This document shows, piece after piece, positions 57,027 through 64,000 of a stretch of 64,000 nt of DNA. Position numbers and translations under genes: made by a program. Position 1 is the first letter of the stretch, and each line of letters begins with the position of its first letter. This DNA is from Eledone cirrhosa. Taxonomy: Eukaryota. The stretch is taken from the NCBI GenBank assembly GCA_964016885.1, contig OZ024744.1:86056001-86120000 (forward strand). Reading direction: 5' to 3'. The notes beneath the pieces are model-generated. The model searched no databases and was not told where the DNA came from. It saw only the letters and a list, made by a program, of their open reading frames with translations.

Positions 57027-58352
57027 TTTTTTCTAAAGTAGCCACAAGGCCTGCAATTTTAGTGTGTGTGGGGTGTTAATACGAGAGTTGTAGTTTATTT
57101 TATCGGCCCCAGAAGGATTAAATGTAAAGTGGACCTCAGTGATATTTGAAATACGAACGTAAAGTGCCGGAAAGGATGCTAGATCCTGTCAACAAAATCG
57201 TCATACGGTTTAAATATACAAGTCTCCGATATCCGAATGTCTAAATCTTAATAAAAGGGCAACCAGGAGTCAAGGGTCTGATGCCGCCCGCCCCCTTTGA
57301 GTGTAAGAAGTTAAGGGCCGAAATACTTGTTTCATTGGGATTCTTCTGTGAAGGCCTTTAGCTGCCCAGCTCTACTGAGTGATTTTTACCACTACATCAT
57401 GTAAAAGTAAGCTTTAAAGATTTCGATGATGTGAAGAGATTTATGTTAAGACAACTATTCTTAAGAAGTGCAGGGCCAAAACACTTGCTTGAGGAAGGAG
57501 GGGGTGTTCTTTTCTGAAGATCTTCTACTGCCCAGCTCTCATGAGAATTTCTTACTACTTCTGGTTCTCTAACTTTCTAGACAATTTAACGCATTAGATG
57601 CTTTTTCTAGTTTGGGCAGTAAGCTAGACATTTCGGAAAAAAAAAAGAATCCAACTCAGTACACGAATACTACTTTATTTAAAAAACCCAAGAAGGATGT
57701 AAAGTATAACTGACCCCACTGGAGTTTGATCTCAAAACATAAACGCCCGTAATGAAGTTTTTCAAAGTATTTTGTCTGACACTCTAACGCTTCTGCCAAT
57801 CTATAATAAATATTGTTTTCACACATAGGTTTAAAGTCATGTGCGGGTACAAAAGAAAAGAAAGGAATCCCCCCCCCCACAAAAAAAAGGAAATATCAAC
57901 GAGGGATCATGATTTGGTAGAAATGTATTGTTAGCAATAGCAAGTAGAACGTGTTGACAACATTTTCTGTGTCAAGCGCATCACATCTTGCCTTAACATG
58001 ATTAGAAAACATTAACCTTATATACAACAGTATTTATAATAAACAACTATATATTAGTTTAACATTAGCATCCTTTGCTGTGTGGCAAATTGAGCCGTCT
58101 TGAAAATGTCCCGAAGCATATCCACGAAAAAGAACGCTAGACGCAAGGTCAACGTCTCAGCATTTCTAATGAAAAGGACTGTTTTAAAAATCTGACTTTT
58201 TTTAATGTAGTGAAACTCGTCTTCAACAGTACCTTACTAAAATCTGTCAACTATTATTTGTAGCTCTTGACCGACTATTTATTAGAATTACATGTGTTAT
58301 AAGATGTTAACTAACCAGGGTTGCGAATTTAACACTCCAATCAGTAAACGAT

Positions 58353-58538
58353 AATTGTTTCTACGTTAGGCACAAGGCCAGCAATTACTCAGTGCATTAC
58401 TGGTACTTTATTTTATCGACCCCGTAAGGATGAAAGGCAAAGTTAACCTTGGCGGGATTTGAACTCAGAAAGGCAAGGGCCGTAACTCTATACGTCAAAG
58501 CATGGCGTCCAACCCTCTACCGATACTGCCAATCCACC
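58353..58538 (-). mobile_element. SINE family 1 with 16-bp TSD
   Basis: atcagtaaacgataat at 58340-58355 and 58540-58555. Confidence 0.9.
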
Positions 58539-58869
58539 GATCAGTAAACGATAATGCAATTAGATTTAAGCGATAGACGTCAGCTGTATTATTTCGAATG
58601 CAATTTGGTAGTCCATGACGTAGTATAAGGGTACGGACTTTCATAGTATCAACATCGAATTCGATCAGTCCGTTATCGATAGCCTGTATTACATTAGAAA
58701 TATATTGCCTTAGAATTATTACATAACAACCGTCTGACTTAGGCTGTCTGATAAAACCATGTTGGTGGTTGCGCGCTGAAAACATTACGAAATTATCAAC
58801 GTCACAGGAATATGTATTACAGTTGGTTATGTAAAAGACGAATTATGAAGATCTACACAGGGCTTTCGC

Positions 58870-59272
58870 TGGATTGGCAGTATCGGTAGAGGGTCGGACG
58901 CCATGCTTTGCAGCAAAGAGTTACGGCCCTTTATGGTCTAAGTAAATCCCGCCGAGGTTAACTTTGCCTTGCATCCTTACGGAGTCGATAAAATAAAGTA
59001 CCAGTAATACACTGGGATAATTGATGGCTTTGTGCCAAAAGTAGAAACAATTATTATATAAATATATATAAGGGCGGTAGATTGACAGTATCGGTAGAGG
59101 GTGACCGCTATGCTTTGCAGCACAGAGTTACAGCCCTTTACATTCTGAGTTCAAATTCCGCCGAGGTTAACTTTGCCTTTCATCCTTACGGGTTACGGGG
59201 TCAATAAAATAAAGTATCAGTAATACACTGGGATGATTGCTGGCCTTGTGCCAAAAGTATAAACAATTATTA
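58870..59272 (+). mobile_element. SINE family 1 dimer
   Basis: Both copies are followed by attattatataaat.tat.ta. Confidence 0.83.
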
Positions 59273-59334
59273 TATAAATGTATGTAGAATAACGAAAGAT
59301 TATATATATATATACGTATATTGGTTGCTTTTCC

Positions 59335-59620
59335 TTGTGTTCGCCGTCCGTCATTGCCAACAATGACCCTCTCATCTTTGTTCGGGAGTGAGCCCACATA
59401 TGCCAGTACAGAACAATGTGCAAGCCACGGCTCCTAGGAGCATGTACGTCACAAATGTACAGAAGTTGCGACCTGTTGTTGTGTAACATTTATCATTCTG
59501 TTTTCGGTGCGGACCCTCTCGGAATGTAAGCAGATCATCAGGAGAGTCTCTATATAATTGAACAGTCACGAGCCATCATTTTCCCATTGGGTTTGAGGAA
59601 GTTGTCATAGTTTGAGAAAG
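59335..59620 (-). mobile_element. Probable RTE-clade LINE 3' end relic
   Basis: YICDVH...LYWHMWAH resembles the RTE terminal zinc finger. Followed by the short hairpin gtcattgttggcaatgac. Confidence 0.45.
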
Positions 59621-60817
59621 ATTGTTTCAGTTGATAGTAATCACATTTCATTTGACCGCCCTGTTGTTCAGTTCTCGACTCCATGTTAGAGTGAGAATAC
59701 TACTTTGGAGAGGTAAGTATGTCATGCGTATTAATTGAACAACACATTGTAGCTGAGCTTTATGTTTGCTGTTTCTATGATGGAGTAATTCACTCGCCGG
59801 AGAACATTTAATTTTGAGCCTCTGCTATAGTTTACACTGGTGGAAATTTTCGAGCTTCATTTTATGCTTTTGGTACGTGCTTAACGTTTCGCAGCTATGA
59901 GTGTGCTCTGGTAACACCATTTCTTTGTATCCAGTTATTCTATCGCTGACAGGATGTGAATGAGTGTGACCGCGAATGTGTGTGTCTTTGTGTGTGTGTG
60001 TGTTTACTCGTGCCTTTGTGCGTATATGAATGTGCATGTATGTGTGCGCGTGTGTGTACGTGTATGTGTGTGTGTGTGTGTGTACGTGTATGTGCATCGG
60101 TAAGCATATGTGTGCATGTGTGTATGTGTGTGTGTGCATGTGTATGTATGTGTCTGAAAAAGATTTAAAAAAAAAACATTTAAAGAACTTAATTTCTTCT
60201 AAAATGTTTGTATATTTATGTTTTTCCCTTTTCTAATTTTCTTATTTGATTGTTCTTATTTTTTTTTCTAGATAAATCTTTTCTTTTTCTTTTACCTTTG
60301 CTGCCTTTATATTTTATTCTGTTCATTTCTCGTTTTTTTTGTCCATATTTATTGTTGTGACTGTTACTTCTCTGAAACTTTGCAAAATATGCCCAGAATC
60401 CAAACAATTACTTATCGCACACACAAACACGCTGTCCACTACTCACACAAATTCTCTCTTTCTAGTTTATTTGCTTTAAGTGAATGTTTTTCACATGATC
60501 ATTCCTTCTAGGTGAACAAGAGCATTTTGAGTATCGACCCTCTAACACTGACAGTTCACGTCGAACAAATGGTCAGAAACGAAGTTCTGACAAAAGGACA
60601 AAATTACTCGTGTTTTTTAGTTATAGCTATTTACCTTTTTGAGTTCAAGATCTACTGGGATTAACTTAGGTTAATATCTAATAAAATGAAGTGTCAGTCA
60701 AATACTGGGGTTGATTTAATCGACCATACATTAACACCGACATTGGCTGGTAGCTTACTACCTGTGTCAGAAATAAGTGTAATAAGTATCAGCTTTTAAA
60801 GCTTATCTCGCAATTTG

Positions 60818-60848
<31 letters not shown>

Positions 60849-61084
60849 GAGTGGAACAAGTAAACATTAAACAATCTTTTAAATAAATTAAAATACAATT
60901 TAAATATTCAACTGTTCTAATGTTGTTACCGACAGTTTCGCTTATCAAAAGATTGGAAATTGAGACAATTTCCAATGGAAAGAATCAGCTCTTTCAGACA
61001 GGTATTTCCATACCACAGGGCACAAAGCCCCATAGTTTGTAAATATATCGCTTTCTGCCCGATGCATGAGGTCAGGCCGTTAAA

Positions 61085-61235
<151 letters not shown>

Positions 61236-61379
61236 CATACAAATTGCGTGAAAAGCTTTAAAAGTTTTATATATATATATATATATCGTTTCTGAATTTG
61301 TTTAGCAAGATTCTTTATCTGAAAACGTGTGTTGAAACCGATATTGTTATGCTTTGGGAGGGTCATGTTGCCAATAAGG

Positions 61380-61930
61380 GTAAATTAGAGAACATAGAAA
61401 TAAAAATAGAATCTACACACAGAAAAGACGCAATGTTTAGACAAATCACAGAGGCAATAAACATAAATGAACTCCAACCAAAATTAAATAGAAAACATGA
61501 ATGGAACAGCAACATCACAACTTACAATTAAGGACAAAATGAAAACACACACACACATAGAACAAACAACCAACCAGTAACATGTAAATAAACAAATAAA
61601 TAAACAAATATAAACACACACAGACACCCGGATGTAACACATGCGCAAACTAAGCACACAACACACACAAAAACAAGATAGCGTAGGACAGAACAAAGGA
61701 GAGGCACAAAAACAAAGAAAATAATCCCCAGTCACTGAAGAGGTCACAGAATGTGTGCCGAAAGAAGTTTGACAATATATGAACAATCGTCTGGTTGTGG
61801 AACCAACCAGCCAACCGGAAATTTATAAATTCCTAAATTTATAAATTAAATTTATAATAAATTGAAGTGAAAGCAACTGGTGCGTGTGTTTCTTATTGGC
61901 AACATGACTCTCCCAAAGTATAACAATATA
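61380..61930 (+). mobile_element. 3' fragment of a Penelope/Poseidon-like PLE
   Basis: FRQITEAININELQPKLN (end of GIY-YIG domain), then an HHR. The terminal segment 61893-61929 is inverted at 61341-61378. Confidence 0.7.
61731..61773 (+). ncRNA. Hammerhead motif downstream of a GIY-YIG C-terminal relic
   Basis: gtca CTGAAGA ggtcaca gaa tgtgtgcc GAAA gaag TT tgac. Stem I is gtca/tgac. Confidence 0.68.
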
Positions 61931-61950
61931 TATATATATATATATATATA

Positions 61951-62111
61951 TTCCGGCAGTTTCGACAGTTAGATTCGAACTGAGTTCGGATCTAGCTGTC
62001 GAAACAGCCGGAGCTCAGCCATTGGGGTCCTGACTCTTTTCCTCACTGCCCTAAGTATTGAGTACTCTGGTGCGTTATAGTCCATCTGGTATCTTACCAT
62101 GCCCTCTTTGT

Positions 62112-62112
<1 letters not shown>
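61951..62112 (+). mobile_element. pLTR-end family A variant, short fold-back at stem II
   Basis: tccggcagtttc gacagttagattcgaac tga gttcggatctagctgtc GAAA cagccgga, followed by the family A tail. Confidence 0.72.
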
Positions 62113-62143
<31 letters not shown>

Positions 62144-62148
62144 TTTAT

Positions 62149-62350
62149 TTTTATTTTATAGAAGGAACTTCTACAGGACTAGTACTGTTTCATTCAGATG
62201 AAATCTTCAGGAAGCTTCCTGAAGATTTCATCTGAATGAAACAGTACTAGTCCTGTAGAAGTTCCTTCTATAAAATAAAAAAAATTTTGCTCTGCCATGT
62301 ATTGAGTACCTTACTTACTGTGGTTATCCCCGACTCAACCCGGGACCTAC
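62149..62350 (+). mobile_element. Palindromic pLTR insertion with two HHR cores
   Basis: Perfect palindrome centred on gaag|cttc (62214/62215). Right arm: CTGAAGA t-ttca tc tgaa-t GAAAC agtacta GTC ctgtagaa. Confidence 0.8.
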
Positions 62351-62442
62351 GTATATATATATATATATATATATAGTGGCAGATTGAAGAATAACATGGT
62401 CGATATATATTTGTATATACATATATATATACACATATATAT

Positions 62443-62661
62443 CTTTAACGATCGACTTTCGTCAAATCGGACCGAGGGAACAATGTTTCCGTTGGTCTTT
62501 CCAATTGCTAATACTATCTATCGGTCGCAACTCCAGGTAGAAGGAGCAACGTGAAATAAAGTGTCTTGCTCAGGGACATAACGCATCGCCTGGTCCAGGA
62601 ATCGAACTCACAACCTTACGATTGCGAATCCAATTCTCTAACCACTCAGCCACACGCCTTC
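62443..62661 (-). mobile_element. SINE family 2
   Basis: About 4 differences by eye from 29998-30217. TA-flanked. Confidence 0.85.
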
Positions 62662-62885
62662 ACATATATATATACATATATATACATATATATAAATATA
62701 TACAAATTGCGAGATAAGCTTTAAAAGCTGATACTTATTTCACTTATTTCTGACACAGGCAGCAAGCCACCAGACAATGTCGGTGTTAATGTATGGTGGA
62801 TTAAATCAACCCCGGTATGTATATATGTGTATATATATTTCAACCAGTGTGGGACATTTAAAAAAAATAAAAACCTAATTTTCTT

Positions 62886-62900
62886 ATATATGTATGTATG

Positions 62901-62934
<34 letters not shown>

Positions 62935-63054
62935 TGTATATATGTATATATATATATATATATATATGCATACATATATATATACACATATATATATGTG
63001 TATATATATACATATATATATATATGTATATATATATGTATATATAGATATATG

Positions 63055-63105
<51 letters not shown>

Positions 63106-63264
63106 GTATATATATATGTATGTATATATATATATACATATATATATATATACATATATATATATGTATATATATATATGTATATATATGTATATATACA
63201 TATATATATATATACATATATATATATATGTATATATATATGTATATATATGTATACATATATA

Positions 63265-63316
<52 letters not shown>

Positions 63317-63325
63317 TATATACAC

Positions 63326-63357
<32 letters not shown>

Positions 63358-63407
63358 GTATATATATACATATATATATGTATATATATATGTATGTATA
63401 TATATAC

Positions 63408-63438
<31 letters not shown>

Positions 63439-63557
63439 CATATATATGTATATATATACATATATATATATATATGTATATATATACATATATATATGTA
63501 TATGTATATTTATATATGTGTATATATATATGTATATATCTATATATATATCTATAC

Positions 63558-63646
<89 letters not shown>

Positions 63647-63665
63647 TATATGTATATATATATAT

Positions 63666-63738
<73 letters not shown>

Positions 63739-63890
63739 TATATGTATATATATATATGTATGTATATATATATGTATATATATATATACACATATGTATA
63801 TATATATATATATATACATATATATAATACATACATATATATAAATATATATATACATATATATATACATATATATATATATACATATAT
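62886..63890. repeat. ~1-kb interrupted (TA)n array
   Basis: Directly visible. Confidence 0.97.
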
Positions 63891-64000
63891 AAGAAAATTA
63901 CGTTTTTATTTTTTTTAAATGTCCCACACTGGTTGAAATATAAGGAAACGAAATTGAAACTGGAGTCTTCTAAGAATATCTATTTATTTTAACGGTTTCA

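Overview
AT-rich, repeat-saturated animal DNA with no intact protein-coding gene that I can support. The microsatellite load and SINE types suggest a cephalopod, probably octopus (inference). Nearly all long ORFs in the track are microsatellite artefacts. Supported content: a near full-length decayed Penelope-like element (PLE) resembling the Hydra clade (2790-7236, -); a 5'-truncated Neptune-like PLE (9806-11538, +); relics of R4/Dong, CRE-like, L1/Tx1, RTE and mariner elements; a hAT MITE; more than 25 copies of a ~190-bp tRNA-derived SINE; a second SINE family; and several minisatellites. The most striking structure is that many short non-repetitive islands inside the (TA)n arrays are PLE pseudo-LTR ends carrying type I hammerhead ribozyme (HHR) motifs (CTGANGA-stem II-GAAA-stem III-NUH), and many are fold-back palindromes. 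In several independent copies the symmetry centre is the HHR stem II loop, the CTGANGA half is replaced by the mirror image, and the two arms share private variants. This suggests ribozyme-hairpin-primed snap-back during insertion. The same TA arrays also hold inverted copies of nearby flanking DNA. Family assignments come from motif recognition by eye, not database searches.
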